A DNA stretch of 64,000 bases, taken from NCBI GenBank assembly GCA_951406725.2, contig OX597839.1, forward strand, positions 14,322,001 through 14,386,000, read 5' to 3'. This stretch comes from Octopus vulgaris (lineage: Eukaryota). How positions within the stretch are numbered: position 1 is the first letter of the stretch; every line of letters begins with the position of its first letter. The notes beneath the pieces are model-generated. The model had not been told where the DNA came from, made no database searches, and was given only the letters and a program-made list of their open reading frames with translations. Positions 26,501-40,500 of the stretch are shown piece by piece. The position numbers were made by a program, and so were the translations under genes.

Positions 26501-26905
26501 TTGCAATATTCTGGCACATTTTGTTTTCTCAAAACTTTTATGACTTGAGTAATCTCTTGTTAACTTATTGATAATCAGATTATATTTATCAATGAGATCA
26601 CTAACGTCTCGAAAATTTTGAGGATACAAAATGCAAAAGTATTGCAAATAAGTACTAAAAAAGCAACAAATTTGAATTAGCAAATTTTGAATTAGCAAAT
26701 TTTGACACATTTTGTTTTCTTAAAACTTTTGAGATGAGTGATCTCAAGGGTAAATATAATTTAACTGATTCATAATAAGATTATATTTATCAAAGAGATC
26801 ACTAAAGTCTTGAAAGTTAGTAGGATACAAAACGTGTCAAAATATTGCAAATTATTACTAGAAATAGTAATAAAACTAGAAATGTTCACTTTTTAATGCT
26901 TATAA
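11508..26905. repeat. AT-rich satellite: ~200-bp fold-back monomer with ~0.8-kb and ~3.0-kb higher-order units
   Basis: Recurring TTTGAATTAGCAATT, TGCAATATTTTGACACATTTTG and its reverse complement CAAAATGTGTCAAAATATTGCA; marker blocks at ~13530, 14333, 16540, 17348. Confidence 0.92.
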
Positions 26906-28039
26906 CACACAAAAGACACACAAAAACACAAAAAACAAAAGTCACACAAAAGAAACAGAAAACACTCTCAAAAGACACACAAACTCTCACAAAAGACACT
27001 TAAAAGTGATAGAATACGACCGTACGTGAGGACGCTGTTGAACAAGAGAAATATGTCTCCAAAACTCCTCATGTACGGTTGTATTCTAACAAGTGGTGAC
27101 CCGCCGACGTTTTCGATCATACAGCCATGTTCACTCGAACATTCTACATAGGTGACTTAGCGCCAGTTAAATTGACCAACCGTTCGAATATCATCTTTAC
27201 TTCAATTTTATCGTCGTTTTGTCTACAACAAAATGTCTGGCAAGAGGCTATCTGTAGCAATATAGTTTTCTTCATTGCTATCTTTACTATTAGAGAAAAA
27301 TATAAAAATGATCTCGTTTGAGATTACAAACATCTTTGGCTAGTTTAAAGTTGTTGTCTCCACTATTTTGATTGGTTAGCATCTAAGCGTGGTCTGTCTC
27401 TCTACTTACTTCGCACCAGTGTGTAAATTGCCCAATCACGGCTTTCGGACAGGACTTTTCATTTGAGCCATCTTAACTCTTTAAATAGGCTGATTCTCTT
27501 ACGACCTTGGTCGGAGACCACACAGAGCTTACTCAACCATGTTCCAGTTCGAAAGGCAGACGACAGCCAAGCTAAACATAATATGAAGACGCTATTGTAA
27601 GCCAGTGACAGACAGAACGTCATCACCATCATCTCTATCTACGAAGATTTTAACTTGTACACAAGATAAATACAGATTCAACTCATTCTGTTAGTGTGAA
27701 AATCTCACCACGGAAAAACAGTTGCAGTATATATATCTGAAAGAATATCTATATCAAGAGAAAAATATGCACGACAAGTGACTCAACTAATCTCAGCTCT
27801 AAGACTCGAATCTTATATAGAACTCATTATCGTGTACTACATGAACTGGTAAAATAACTTCATTTAAACTCAAAATGTTGAGACTTCACGTATGCTCTAT
27901 GGTATTTGCATTCCTTATTCAGTACTCTTGTCACACACACGAACACACAGATACAAATATTATAAGCATGCATTCAAGACACAACACTACGCTAATAATG
28001 CCAAATCACATGAGATCACCATGTCACGCACATATGGTT

Positions 28040-28152
28040 GTGATCTATGTGCCTGGTGTACCCTTATCAGACGGGTAGTCATGATGGGTATACTGGGCTT
28101 CGTATATTTTAATATAGTGTCACTGTGATGGCATGAACTTCTCTCACTCAAG
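28040..28152 (+). mobile_element. 3' end of a retroposon with a (TAA)n tail
   Basis: GCCTGGTGTACCCTTATCAG...CTCTCACTCAA followed by (TAA)n; longer copy at ~53583-54085. Confidence 0.65.
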
Positions 28153-28180
28153 AATAATAATAATGATGATAATAATAATG

Positions 28181-28226
<46 letters not shown>

Positions 28227-28227
<1 letters not shown>

Positions 28228-30034
28228 TGTTCCCAGAAGAGCAGAAAGGATGACGCAAAGGGTCATATGGCTGTAAAGATCAACTAATGATTAATAAAGC
28301 CGTAACTGAAGACAGCCACAGAAAGAAGAAAGGCCTCAGTATGGCCTGGATTGACTACAAAAAGGTGTTTGATAGCATCCCCCACACATAGATCCTCGAA
28401 ACACTAGCCATTAACAAATGCTAAATAGAACTGGATGCGGATATAAATGTTACGGCAAAACGATCAGCCACCTTTTATATATGGATGACCTAAAACTATA
28501 CGCTGCAAATGACAAACAACTGGAAACACTATTAAAGACAGTTCATGGATTTACCAAAGAAATAGATATGAAATTTGGATTAGAAAAATGCGCCAAAGTA
28601 ACCCTGAAAAGAGGAAAACTAGTTAAGAGTAACAACATCACACTAGATAAAACCAATGAAATAAAAGAATTAGACCAAAGCCAAACTTACAGATACTTAG
28701 GAATCCACAACACACACAAAAGAAAGAGAAAATAAAAAAAAGAATATTATAGACGAGTTAGATCAATACTGAAAACAGAGCTCAATGCTAAAAACAAGAT
28801 AATAGGTATTAACACATTAGCTGTCCCAGTTATAAGTTACAGCTACAATATCCTTAACTGGACACTAAATGAACTGACCAAAATAGATAGGAAAGCAAGA
28901 AAAATAATGACAGGATGCATCACCCAAAATCTGACATAGAAAGACTATATATACAACGTATAGAAGATGGTAGAGGCCTTATACAGCTGGAAAACTACTA
29001 TAAAATAACCACCATAGGACTGCAAAAATATCTACTTCTGAAGGAAGGAAAACTGATGCAAATAGCGGCAAAACACGAGCAAAATAAAGAAGAAGAAGAA
29101 GAAGATGAAGAAACAACAGAAGCTATAAAACAAATGAAATCCAAACTAAAAATAGAACAGCAACGAACCATGATAAAACGATGGCAAGAAAAGCCCCTTC
29201 ATGGTAAATACTGGACTAAACTTAATGCAAGAGAAATAGACAAAGAAAAATCCTAGTAATGGTTGAGAAGCTCAGGACTCAAAGCAGAGACAGAGGGATT
29301 TTTAATTGCAATACAAGACCAAAGCCTCCCCAACAGAAATTACCAAAAACATGTAATGAAAATAAATATAACAAGTAACTGCAGAATATGTGGAGATGGA
29401 CAAGAAACAATAAATCATATTATCTCTGGCTGCCCAGTCCTGGCTAAGAAGGAATATATTCACAGACGTGACAGAGTTGGAACCTACATACACTGGAAGC
29501 TATGCCAACATTATGGAATAACAACAGAAAAAAGATGATATAGGCACACACCAGAAAAGGTCACAGAAAACGAGAAAGCAACCATACTCTGGGATATGCC
29601 GATACACACAGATAGAGAAATTAAGGCCAACAGACCAGATATAGTTGTCAGAGATCATGAAGAAAAAAATGCTTTCTAATTGATGTATCAATACCGGCAG
29701 ATGACAACGTGTCTCTAAAAGAAATGGAGAAACTCTCAAAATACAAAGACCTGGAAATAGAGGTAACCAGAATGTGGAATCTAAAAACAGAAACAATTCC
29801 TATCATAATAGGTGTATTAGACATGATAAAAAATATTCGGACAAATACATAACAAAAACACCAGGACTTACAAACACATATAACATACAGAAAATTGCAC
29901 TACTAGGCACATCCTACGCAGAACACTTTCCATACAATAACAATCAGAGCATCACAACAAATCACAGCACATACCCAAGGCACACAGAGCTGCGCTCAGT
30001 AGTGAAGTAAAAGCACGATATAAAAATAAAACTA

Positions 30035-30036
<2 letters not shown>
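28227..30036 (+). mobile_element. 5'-truncated R4/Dong-like non-LTR retrotransposon (RT, CCHC knuckle, restriction-like endonuclease), degraded
   Basis: HLLYMDDLKLY, KFGLEKC, CRICG..ETINHIISGC, ILWD..RPDIV; frameshifts and stops; flanked on both sides by (TAA)n. Confidence 0.85.
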
Positions 30037-30100
<64 letters not shown>

Positions 30101-30104
<4 letters not shown>

Positions 30105-30310
30105 TAAAGATCTTGAAATAGAAATCAGCAAAATGTGGAACCTGAAGACTAAAACAATACCTGTTGTCATAGGTGCCCTTGGAATGATAGCGAAAGGGGC
30201 TGATTGCTACCTAACTCAGATACCAGGAAACCCAAAAATGGCAGAAATTCAAAAGATAGTGCTCATGGGAACTGCTCATATCCTACGCAAAATACTTTCT
30301 ATGTAATCTC
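30101..30310 (+). mobile_element. Short 3' fragment of a related R4/Dong-like LINE
   Basis: KDLEIEISKMWNLKTKTIPVVIGALG...IQKIVLMGTAHILRK directly after (TAA)n. Confidence 0.75.
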
Positions 30311-30859
30311 ATTGCTCATTGAAATGTTCCATTTCAAGGCAGTTACAAGATTAGTGATTGTAGAGCCCTGGGAATGATTAAGAGCGAACTGAAAATCATT
30401 TCAGAATGGTCCCTGGCTTGCCGTCTCTGCCGGAAGAGCAATGGATTGTTTTAACTGGTATATATTACGTATTGGGAAGGGTTTTGCTGCTAAGAAAACG
30501 ATTACAAATCATGGATGTTTTTGCTTTCTGTTTTTTTTCCATTGTTTTCTTTTCTCTCACCTAACTTGACTTTGTAATGAAATATCTACAATTCCTGGGA
30601 TTATTACTTGTTCCGATATTGCAAAACTTTTGACTCAACACAATACACATGATTAACAAAAATAATACATGTGACTAACAAAAGCAATTAACAAAAATGT
30701 AACAGCAAAATTCTCTAAGAGTAGGGACTTCTACGTAAGAGCAAACAAGAAATCCTACAGGTACTTGATCATTCCGACTGTGAATGGTATCACTAGGGGC
30801 GCCTTGTTTCCGGCACTTCTACCCATCTCACAACTGTAAGCCATCAGAGTCACATTCAA

Positions 30860-31470
30860 CTACGTCACAACACAAGGCAGTTGGGCACCATGTCCTTTTT
30901 CATTCTCACCTTCCTTTTCAGATGGAGCTTAAAACGGTTGATGAGGGCTTGGCCAAAGAAGAAGTGTCTACCCTCAAACTTTTCAGTCTTGTGCACCACA
31001 TCACTTCTTCCATTTTAGTCACCTGGCGGAGGAATTAGAAGTATTCTTCTCGACCAACGAAACGCAGTGACGTTTTCTTAACTCTACCAGTCAGCAATGA
31101 TTACGCATTGCCAAGTGCGTGCAGGACGGCTCCCTCGGTCCTCTCGCATCTCTGACAAGTCCGGCTGCTTCCATGCCTGTAATACTGTATCCCCAAAAGA
31201 AAATAATCTCTGTTAACACTGCCAGACAAGGTATTTCTGGAATTATCTATTGGCCCTGGACCGAAAGACCTCGAGATGAAATCAGTTACTTGAATTTCAT
31301 CGACACTCAGAGTTTCTTCGAGGATGCTGTCGGTCCAGGATGTTTGGCCCAGTACGACGTTTCATTTCAAGACTCCAGCTGTACAAAATGTAAATCTGAC
31401 AAACGGAGACCACACCTGCTCACTAGCGAAGTAACGATGAAGATGTTGCAAACCTCATTGCCTGTCTGTG
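30860..31470 (-). mobile_element. Degraded L1/Tx1-like LINE ORF2 3' fragment
   Basis: Minus strand reads FFGQALINRFKLHLKRKVRM and SRSFGPGPIDN, recalling Tx1-type C-termini; many disruptions. Confidence 0.4.
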
Positions 31471-31540
31471 TATCATTAGCCACGCCACGACCAGTATGTG
31501 TGTGCACCAGTACACACACATACACATATATGTATGTATG

Positions 31541-31610
<70 letters not shown>

Positions 31611-31612
<2 letters not shown>

Positions 31613-31747
31613 AAATAAGAAAATGGAGAAACACATTAGTTGGTTTATCATCTTTAGGATATTAGAATGTTGAAATAAATAAGTCAACATTCTAATATCT
31701 TAAAGCTGATGAACCCAACTAATGTGTTTCTCCATTTTCTTATTTGT
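31611..31747. repeat. Hairpin with ~60-bp arms abutting (TA)n
   Basis: ACAAATAAGAAAATGGAGAAACACATTAGTTGG... / ...CCAACTAATGTGTTTCTCCATTTTCTTATTTGT. Confidence 0.85.
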
Positions 31748-32455
31748 ATTATAAATTAATGGTAAAATATTTCTTTAGCTTCACCCATTTAATACAATAA
31801 GTAAGTTTATTGCATTCCACACTTGTGTATTATTAACAGATGGAGTGGGGCGGGCTTACGGACCCCACGAACCCCGCCACGACACTGACCTTAGGTTTTT
31901 TTTTTTTTTTCCTTCTTTTTTTTTCCGGCTTACCTCGCATTCATGAGGGTCCTTTTACTCACAACATTCTTCCATCTTTCATCGAACACTTTCTTACTCA
32001 GGCCCCTCCTCTCTAGTTCTATTTGTCTTTTAGGTGGAATTTAAAATATTCCACCAGACCAGAACCAGAGATGAAGTTGCCTGCTATCACCCCTTTCATC
32101 CTCGTCTTCCATACTGCCTGTTTCGCAATTGAAACCACAGAGAGAAAACAATTCTTACCTTCTTTCGTTAAGAAATCCGGTGGGTCAATTTTTACAATGG
32201 ATTCAGTCGATAGCTGTACTCTGTTATATAATCATCACAACAAACATGAACAATCAACGTCGCCCATTGTCTCCCTTGATAAAAGGACTTTCACTTTGTT
32301 TCCCGCCAAAACAATTAACTTGTACAACAACGGCAGTTGAATAAAGTATCTTGTATCGTTAACACGTTGTTTCAGTCTCTCTCATTTTCTTAATCTTTCA
32401 TACTAAGTACTCACTACTTCCTTTAATACTCAATAATATATATATAACAACAACA

Positions 32456-32466
32456 TGGTGTCAGAA
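32456..32466 (+). promoter_or_regulatory. Primer-binding site (tRNA-Leu type) after an LTR end
   Basis: ...AACAACA|TGGTGTCAGAA, 78 bp upstream of the gag ATG. Confidence 0.75.
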
Positions 32467-32533
32467 TACTAAAAGAACTCAAAATACAGAAACCAAAGGA
32501 AAAAAGAAGTTGAAATCATACTTCAAAGACGAA

Positions 32534-34528
32534 ATGGAAAATTTACCGCATCCAAAAGACCTAGACTTTAATCAGGAAAATCTAGCCGCAGCATGGAAAA
32601 AGTGGAAAAAAGAATTCAATCTCTTTTTGATAGCAACAGAAAGTGACATGAAGCCAGACAAAGTAAAAACTTCAATGTTTTTAACTTGCATCAGTTCTAA
32701 AGACCGAGATATCCATTCCACACTGGATTTCGATTCACCCGACGAAGAAATGAACCTTCAGACAGTAATCGAAAAATTCGATGCATATTGTGAACCCAGG
32801 AAAAACATAACTTTCCTAAGACACAAATTCTTCACATGTGGACAAGCGGAACATCAAAAATTCGATGAGTACGTAGTAGAGTTGCGCCAAAAGGCACAAC
32901 AGTGCGAATTCGGCAACCTCACAGACAGTCTCACCAAAGATATTCTGATATGTGGAATCAGAGACATGAGATTAAGAGAAAGATTATTGAGAGAACCAAA
33001 TTTAGACCTACAAAAAACAATTCAAGCAGGTCAGAGTGCAGAGCAAACACGACTCCAATCAAGGATACTAAATGCCACATCCGAAACAAGAGATAACGAA
33101 ATCTCGAGGGTATATAGTCAACACGACAGAAAAGGCGCCAAAACTCAAATAACCCGCCATATGCAATCCAGACATCAAAACGAACAAGGCGGAAGTGACA
33201 GAAAGCCCGCGAAGTTTCAAGCGCCAAGTCAACACTACGTCACTAACTGTCACTATTGTGGTTATAATCACAAAAGAAATAAATGCCCAGCATTTCACAA
33301 GACATGTGAAAAATGCAAGAAACAAGGACACTATGCAAAAATGTGCAAATCAAGAAAATTTGTACATAAAGTAGAGATACATACCGACGATGAATCAGAT
33401 GACGATACACATGCACTCGAAATGATCACTGCAAATAATTCCCACGTGCACAAAATCGAAAAGTTCAAGACTCCAAAAGACATTTGGACGGTCGAACTAA
33501 AAGTGAACAACTCGAATGTAACATTCAAAATAGATACAGGAGCAGACGTAACCGTACTGCCATTCAGAGAATATAGAAATATAATTCCAAAACCACAACT
33601 GCAAAAAACTTCAACTCGATTATCAGCTTATAATAACACAGCTATAAAAGTGCTAGGAAAATGCACAGCAGTCATTAAATACAAAGAATTATCAAAGCAA
33701 ATAAAATTCATTGTTGCAAAAACAAACTCGCACGCAGTTATAGATGCAAAGACAGCTAAAGATCTGAACCTGATTCAGAGAATTTCAAAAATAAATTCGT
33801 CGAACACAAACGACATATTAGAAAAATATGAAGACTGTTTCGGAGAAATCGGCACTTTGTCAATAACACATCATATCACAGTGGATCCACAAATAACTCC
33901 TGTAATTCATCCACCAAGATCGGTTCCTTTTTCTATAAAAGAAAAACTCAACAAAGAATTAAAAAGAATGACAGAATTAGATATCATAAAACCTGTTAGT
34001 GAACCTACAGACTGGGTAAATTCCCTAGTCATCGTTGAAAAAGCCAACGGAAAACTCCGACTCTGTTTAGACCCCAAGAATCTAAACAAAGCCATAAAAA
34101 GGCAACATTTCAAACTCCCTACAGCGGAGGACATTTTTGCACAAATGCATAACCCTAAATATTTTTCAAAACTAGATGCATCTAATGGATACTGGCAAAT
34201 TCCAGTTGACGAAGAAAGCTCCCATCTTTTAACGTTCAACACACCTTTTGGAAGGTATCGCTTCACACGACTACCCTTTGGAATTCACAGCGCCAGTGAA
34301 GTTTTCCAAAAAGAAATTTCAAAAATAATAGAGGGCATAGAAGGAGCAAGAAATTCACAGGATGACATCATAATCTGGTCCAACACTTTAGAAGAACACA
34401 CAAATAGACTACAACAAGTTTTCGATCGAATCCGAAAGCACGGATTAAAGTTAAATAAATCAAAGTGTATCTTCTATGAATCACAAATCAAGTACCTTGG
34501 GCATATATTTTGTCGCGGGAAAAGATGA
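32534..34528 (+). pseudogene. Mag-like Gypsy gag-pol in a single frame, truncated within RT
   Basis: CHYCGYNHKRNKC, CEKCKKQGHYAKMC, IDTGAD, LDASNGYWQ, RLPFGI, SQDD, KYLGH; RNase H and integrase missing. Confidence 0.9.
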
Positions 34529-34646
34529 ACGATTTAAAATAAATATATCTTAATTGTAGTGTGAGAAAGTATATATATTCTGATGACAAAATATATTATC
34601 TTTCAAAAACATCCCAAATTTATAGACTATATCGTGTAGGTTTAAG

Positions 34647-34725
<79 letters not shown>

Positions 34726-35726
34726 CATATATAGTAGAGAATGAGACATCTTTCATCTGTCTCCCCACCACACCTCCATCTAGGGGGGCAAAGAGAGATC
34801 AGAAAAAAAAATTAGAACCTCACACCACCACCACCACCGCCGCCACGTAATTCAAAGTTGTTCATTTTGATATGGCTCAAGAGGCATGATGGACTTTTAA
34901 ATGGAGATTGAGAAAAATTGTTTCAATTAGAAAAGCAACATTTCTAGAAAATAGTAAATTGAAGTGTGAACACAGCACCTTACAGAGTATAAGTATATGA
35001 CATTTATTTTTTAAATTTAACTTCATTTGTTTTATATTCTAAATAATTTGCAATTTCAAAAAATATATTAATTTTGCGTTTTTTAATTTGATAAATTCTA
35101 CGGAATAATTTTGCGCGTTTTTTGATAAATTCTACGGAAAGAATTTAGTGCGAAAAAATTTATACATTTATACACAAAGACCTGTTGAGGCAAGCGAAGT
35201 TGATATCGAACCTCATCCCACGACAGGCACCCATGCCAACCCCCTTTGCTTGCGAAGACATGTTGGGGCAAGTGTGGCACCCGGCAGATGCCAGGACCCC
35301 TGGACTGGTGGTACGTAAAAAGCACTATCCGAATCGTGGCCGATGCCAGAACCACCTCGACATCCCCAATTTTCAAGAATTATTTAATTTATATAATTAA
35401 TTCATTAATTTTATTCTGTAAAATAGTAATTAATTCATTTATCTGTAAATCCGCGAGGAAAGCGACTATGTAATTTTTTTGTGTAAAATTGAAAATGTTA
35501 TATCTACACACACACACACATATATATTTTTAGTGAAATCCAACACCTTTTTGTCTTAAAAAGCAGAAAGGTATCTAAAAAAATCCTTTTTTTAGGGGGG
35601 GGGTTAACGCGCATGCGCGAATCGCGCACTGCGCATGTCACCTCGTAGGATCTCGAGTAGGATCTCGTCTGGCGCGCGCGCGAATTCGCGTGTGCGAAAC
35701 CGGGACCACTACACTTGACAAGTACC

Positions 35727-35931
35727 GACCCCGGTACTTATCTTTTTAAGTTTGGAACTAATTCTGTTGGTCCCTTTAGCCAAACCCCAGTAAATGTTTA
35801 GATCAACACCCGCACGATTTTCACTAAGGAAAAAAAAAAATCGTGCGGGTGTTGATCTAAAAATTTACCGCAGTTTGGCTAAAGGGACCAACAGAATTAG
35901 TTCCAAACTTAAAAAGATAACTACCGGGGTC
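35727..35931. repeat. Fold-back duplication of a SINE segment (~95-bp arms)
   Basis: GACCCCGGTA...CCGCACGATTTT / AAAATCGTGCGG...TACCGGGGTC; the right arm continues into SINE sequence (AAGGCGGTGCTTCAGCATGGCC). Confidence 0.85.
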
Positions 35932-36666
35932 TATTTGTTCGTTTAAACATTTCAAGGCGGTGCTTCAGCATGGCCGTAGTCCAATGACTGGAACAAGTGA
36001 AAAAGGCAGGTAGCATGGATCGATTCAAAACCCGAAGGTAATAGTGAGCAGGTAGTAAATTTAAAATGCTAGTCTAAGGGAGAGCACCTATTTTAAAAGT
36101 AGATCTTGCATTAGTTAACGCTAATACCTCCCCTTGAACACCTTTCGTGGGGTCCACTCTAGCAAGGTCCAATCAAACTAAATATTCTTGATACACTGCT
36201 TCTTAATGGAGCTACATAATAATTCTGTATCACCCACCTCTTTGCTTCCCTATCCCTATTGTCACCCATATTAGTTAGCTGTAAATAAAAGTAAGAAAAT
36301 TCTTGGGTTTTTCTCTTCACTTGACTAAGTCATAAAAGTTATTTTGTTGATACCACTCTGTTTCCTAGTTGCAAATAAAGTTTGCAGGTTAAAAATAAAT
36401 TTCATTATATGTTATATATATATGCTTTTATACACATGTACTTACATGTATGTAACGTGTAAATCTATGTACCCATACGTGCATGTATGTGTGTATGTAT
36501 GTCTGCATGGATGGATGTTTTATCTGTTTCAATCTTTCGGCTGTGATTGTGCAAGGAGAAAGTCTTTGGGGAAATAAAGACGTGAACCAGTCGAAGTATC
36601 AAACAAAAAAAATTTTTTAATGAAATCCATCAAGAAACAAATCCTGTCATTTCTTTTATCAGTTTA

Positions 36667-37052
36667 CTAGCAGTATCGCCCGGCGTTGCTCGGGTTTGTT
36701 TCGACCGTTTAGAATTGGAATATTTTAAAAGTAAAAACTTTGCATTATGTAGCTTGTTATTCTCTTTAAGTGAACATTTTTCTGGTTGAAATACACTGAA
36801 AAATGGCGACACAGCAGTAAAAAAATCATCGTAAAAAATAGGGATTTTCATAGAAAAAAAGCACCTTTTTGATGTAAATAATTTTTTGTGTTAACATGGT
36901 CTGATTTGAATTTTTTCTTCTACGGAAGGAAGAGCAAACCTTCTTCTATCATACTCTCAATTTTGGTCAATTTGCGCTGCAGGGTCTCAGAGGAGATAGT
37001 GTTAGTTGAAGGCTACCAAACCTGCCATACTTCAGCTTTATATAGGGAGAGA
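36667..37052 (-). mobile_element. Non-autonomous Helitron
   Basis: Same CTAGCAGTATCGCCCGGCGTTGCTCGGG terminus as at 2757; TC 5' end at 37052; AT target. Confidence 0.8.
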
Positions 37053-37489
37053 TTAGAAATGAGAATTTGAAGTTGTGTGAGAGGCATTGGCAAAGGTCAC
37101 AGACGCGCAAGTTGAAGGAAGGCGATAAATGATTGAAAGGTAGTAAAATTATTCCAACATAAAAAATAGTGTACTTTATCGTGAAGTATATTTGCCACCA
37201 AAATGTGGCTAACCTTTAAGGGTAGATGCTACTGTAGCTCGTAGCCCCAGGAAGACATCTTTTCCAGCTGGCTATTGATACACTTTCTGTGCCTTGTCAG
37301 TATTTGCAAAGAAAAGTCATCTTTCCCGTCTTCAACCTGACATGATACACATGGATCCGAGTTTCTGGGTATTGACATTTCATCAGCATGTGACAACCAC
37401 CGGTTCGAGATGAGAAGTGGTGCTCAATGCAAAGAACCACTTCCCATATGTATGTATGAATATAATATACATACATACATATATATATG

Positions 37490-37579
<90 letters not shown>

Positions 37580-37586
<7 letters not shown>

Positions 37587-40500
37587 AATATTAGGGAATA
37601 AATCCAAATTTACAGGGAAAAAATCAGATTTAGGATTAAATCCAATTTTATAGTAAAATATTATATAATATTATTAGAGACAAAACCACTATTTTGCAAA
37701 ACAAACAAGGAAAGACTTAATCAATACATAAAATTTTAATAAAAAGTAAAAAAAAACGCCACTACAATTGTTTCTTGTCCTGATCGACAATCTTCAGGTG
37801 GACTTCCAATCTAAAATATCAATATTTTAAAATATAAAAATAATAATTTTAAAATAATTAAAGTATTAATGAAAAAAATATAAATATATAATCTATATAT
37901 AACCTATATATAATCCATATATAATCAATATATAAACAATATATAAACTAAAATAAACCTATCAACAATTAAATATAAAATATAAAATATAAAATATAAA
38001 ATATAAAACAAAACAAAAAATAAACTATATATACACCCATACACATATAACTAATTATATATAACCATATCTAAATACATACACTAAATCACACACCTAT
38101 ATATATATCCCTGTCTAGGCAACGATAAATAAATAAAATAGCCAAATACTTCAACACAATACTTATTCATACTCCCTCACACACACATACAACCCACATT
38201 CCCGCTCTAGAAACGGACATCATTTAAAACCATGAATGGAGAAATGGAACAAATGGAATTAAAAATTATATTCACTTGGTAAAACGAACATTACTCAAAA
38301 ATTATGAATGAAACAATGCAACAAAACAACAGACATCGCAAATAGACACAAATTACCACGAATTCCTTAATAAAACCACCATGACAAACCAAAACTCACA
38401 AAAACATATAATGATAAAATCTCCCTTTACTAAACTCTATAACATACCTATATAGCAATCCCCCTAACCTAAACATTCACACACAAATACACACACGTAA
38501 ACCACACACCCACGACACATACAAATACCCACCCCACTCACACATACCTATACATACATATAAACCTCAACATATACTCCAAAAACACACTCAACCCCAC
38601 ACAGACAAACAAACACATACATCCCCAAACCTATATAGCAAACCCATAAACACATTCACACACAAATATACATACGTAAAACACACACCATATACATATA
38701 CATACTCACTAAACTCGATATATACAACAATATTAACACACCCACACTCACACAGATAAACAAATTACACAACCAAAACACGCACACACTCACACACAAT
38801 CCCACATACATAAACACTCCAAAGAAAAACAATATTATTACACATAATACGATATATAAAATACATCGTAAGTAACCAGAATATCAAAAATAACAATATG
38901 ACATAAGGAGAAATAATATACATACTTTCAAGTCAGTTTCAAATTATGAAGTGAAATTAAATTCTAAGCCGTTAAAAACATCAAACCAAAATTACGTTAC
39001 CATAGGAACATAACTTATGTATAAAAAGAATACGCGCTATGGAAGCAAACGTCATTTAAAATTATGAATGGAGAAATAGAATAAATGGAATTAAAAATTA
39101 TATTCACGCGGTAAACTAACATTATTTAAAAAAATTATGAATGGATTATTTAATAAAACTACCATGATAAATTAAAACTCATAAAAACATAAATGATAAA
39201 ACCTCCCTTTACTAAACCCTATAACATACTTATATAGCAATCCCTTTAACCTATACATTCACACACAAATACACACACGTAAACCACACACCCATAACAA
39301 ATACAAACACCCACCCCACTCACACACACCCACAAGTACATATAAGCCTCAACATATACACCAAACAAAATTACGTTACCAAGGAACCTAACATATGTAT
39401 CAAAAGTATTCCCGCTCTGGAAACGAACATCTTTTAAAATTATGAATGGAGAAATGGAATAAATGGAACTAAAAATAATATTCACGTGGTAAAACGAACA
39501 CCACTCAAAAATTATGAATGAAATAATGCAATAAAACAACAAACATCGTAAATAGACAAATTACTACGAATTCCTTAATAAAACCACCATGACAAACCAA
39601 AACTCATAAAAACATATAATGATAAAATCTCCCTTTGCTAAACTCTATAACAAACCTATATAGCAATCCCCCTAACCTAAACATTCACACACAAATACAC
39701 ACACGTAAACCACAGACCCACGACTTATACAAATACCCACCTCACTCACACATACCTATACTAACGTATAAACCTCAATATACACCAAAAACCCACTCCC
39801 TCCCCACACAGACAAATTAACACATACATCCCCAAACCTATATAACAAACCCATATACACATTCACACACAAATATACATACGTAAAACACACACACACA
39901 ACATATACATATACTCCCTCACATATACGCATATACATACTCACTAAACTCGATATATACAACGATATTTACACACCCACACTCATACAGATAAATAAAT
40001 TATACAACTAAAATACGCACACACTCACACACAATCTCACATACATAAACACTCCAAAGAAAAACAACATTATTACACATAAAACGATATATAAAATACA
40101 TCGTAATTAACCAGAATATCAAAAATAACAATATGACATAAGGAGAAATAATATACATACTTACAAGTCAGTTTCAAATTATGAAGTGAAATTAAATTCT
40201 AAGCCGTTAAAAAAATCAAACCAAAATTACGTTGCCATAGGAACATAACTTATGTATAAAAAAAGAATACGCGCTACGGAAGCAAACGCCATTTAAAATT
40301 ATGAATGGAGAAATAGAATAAATGGAATTTAAAACTATATTTACGCGGCAAACCAACACTACTCAAAAAAATTATGAATGGATTCTTTAATAAAACTACC
40401 ATGATAAATTATTATATGTATTTATGAGTCTTAGTTTATCTTGGTAGTCCTAATAAACAATTTGTAGCAATCTACGTCTATCCCCGATATCTGCTATTTT

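Noticed and set aside
12344-26710. Repeated 60-199 aa ORFs in the satellite
   Set aside because: They reflect repeat periodicity; no domains, and frames break between copies.
11508-26905. CRISPR-like regular recurrence of short motifs
   Set aside because: The intervening sequences are homologous rather than unique spacers; no cas genes; eukaryotic context.
27010-27140. 22-bp-arm hairpin plus a minus-strand GTGAACA...GAAAACGTC motif at the satellite edge
   Set aside because: Stems I and II are too weak to call a ribozyme, and the hairpin alone is uninformative.
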